DNA of 64,000 nt. It comes from Ginglymostoma cirratum (lineage: Eukaryota). The notes beneath the pieces are model-generated. The model was not told where the DNA came from and ran no database searches. It saw only the letters and a program-made list of their open reading frames with translations. The translations under genes and the position numbers were made by a program. The stretch lies in NCBI GenBank assembly GCA_024137785.1, contig JAHRHZ010000035.1, positions 19,402,846 through 19,466,845 on the forward strand, given 5' to 3'. This document shows positions 63,347 through 64,000 of the stretch, one piece after another; the first letter of the stretch is position 1; the number at the start of each line of letters is the position of its first letter.

Positions 63347-63571
63347 AGATAGCAAGAACTGAAGATGCTGGAGTCAGAGATAACACAGTATGGAGCTGGA
63401 GGAACACAGCAGGCCAGGCAGCATCAGAGGAGCAGGAAAGCTAACATTTCGGGTGGGGACCCATCTTCAGAAATGTGCTTTCTAAAGAAGGGTCCTGACC
63501 TGAAACGTCAGCTTTCCTGTTCCTCTGATGCTGCCTGGCCAGCTGTGTTCCTCCAGCTCCACACTGTGTTA
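63347..63571. mobile_element. Complete palindromic Penelope-derived element, gap-free
   Basis: TSD tccta(g/c)atata(a/c)tag at 63332-63346 and 63572-63586 (13/15); ~95-bp inverted arms around tgtgc; hammerhead-like core on each strand. Confidence 0.9.
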
Positions 63572-64000
63572 TCCTACATATACTAGCATGCTTTGTTGGA
63601 ATACGTATCTGAATCAGTTCTGATGAGACTGTAACAGCGTGTACTTACATAGCACAGTCAGTCTGTCTTTTTCCTCCCCTTTTTTCTGAGGGTTGGGCCA
63701 TGCTAATCCATTGAATCAGTCCACTCAGTGGGCAAAAGTACTGCAGTCATTTGTCATTGCTTCCTGCAGGATGACTGGCCAGAAAACTCCCACTTTTACT
63801 ACCTGCCATCAGGTATATTGGAAGAGTTTGCAATGTTAATCAACCTGTTTGGCCACATTACAAACACATGTTCTGAAGCTAACAAGTCCTAGCAAGGATC
63901 TCAAACCCAGAGCTTCTGGCCAAGAGGCAGAGATGCTACCATTGCCCAAAAAGACCTTGTTTACAGAACAGTGCATCTCGGAATATTGTCCTGAAGTACT

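Overview
Eukaryotic, repeat-dense, apparently non-coding DNA (intergenic or a large intron) from a cartilaginous fish, most likely a shark. The organism call is inferred from HE1/V-SINE copies and the CR1, Deu-domain SINE and Penelope repertoire. I found no intact host exon or gene. The ORF track is almost entirely decayed retroelement fragments (CR1, RTE, Tx1, Penelope, Gypsy-type LTRs), their antisense frames, low-complexity DNA or N-gaps. Four things stand out. (1) A family of short, often palindromic Penelope-derived insertions with 9-16 bp target-site duplications, an asymmetric ~34-nt tail and a minimal hammerhead-ribozyme motif (CUGANGA-stem II-GAAACGUH); palindromic copies carry a full or decayed motif on each strand, and all three assembly gaps lie inside such elements. 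(2) A ~1.25 kb intronless, frameshifted ORF at 42787-43944 that matches no transposon I recognise and is a candidate endogenous viral element or retrocopy. (3) A 468-bp inverted duplication (10361-10828 / 12202-12669), with no mismatch seen by eye, inserted into a CR1 and resembling a templated repair insertion. (4) A G-quadruplex-prone ~28/56-bp satellite beside the donor copy of that duplication. Family names come from recognising motifs by eye; no database search was run. Boundaries of decayed repeats are approximate.
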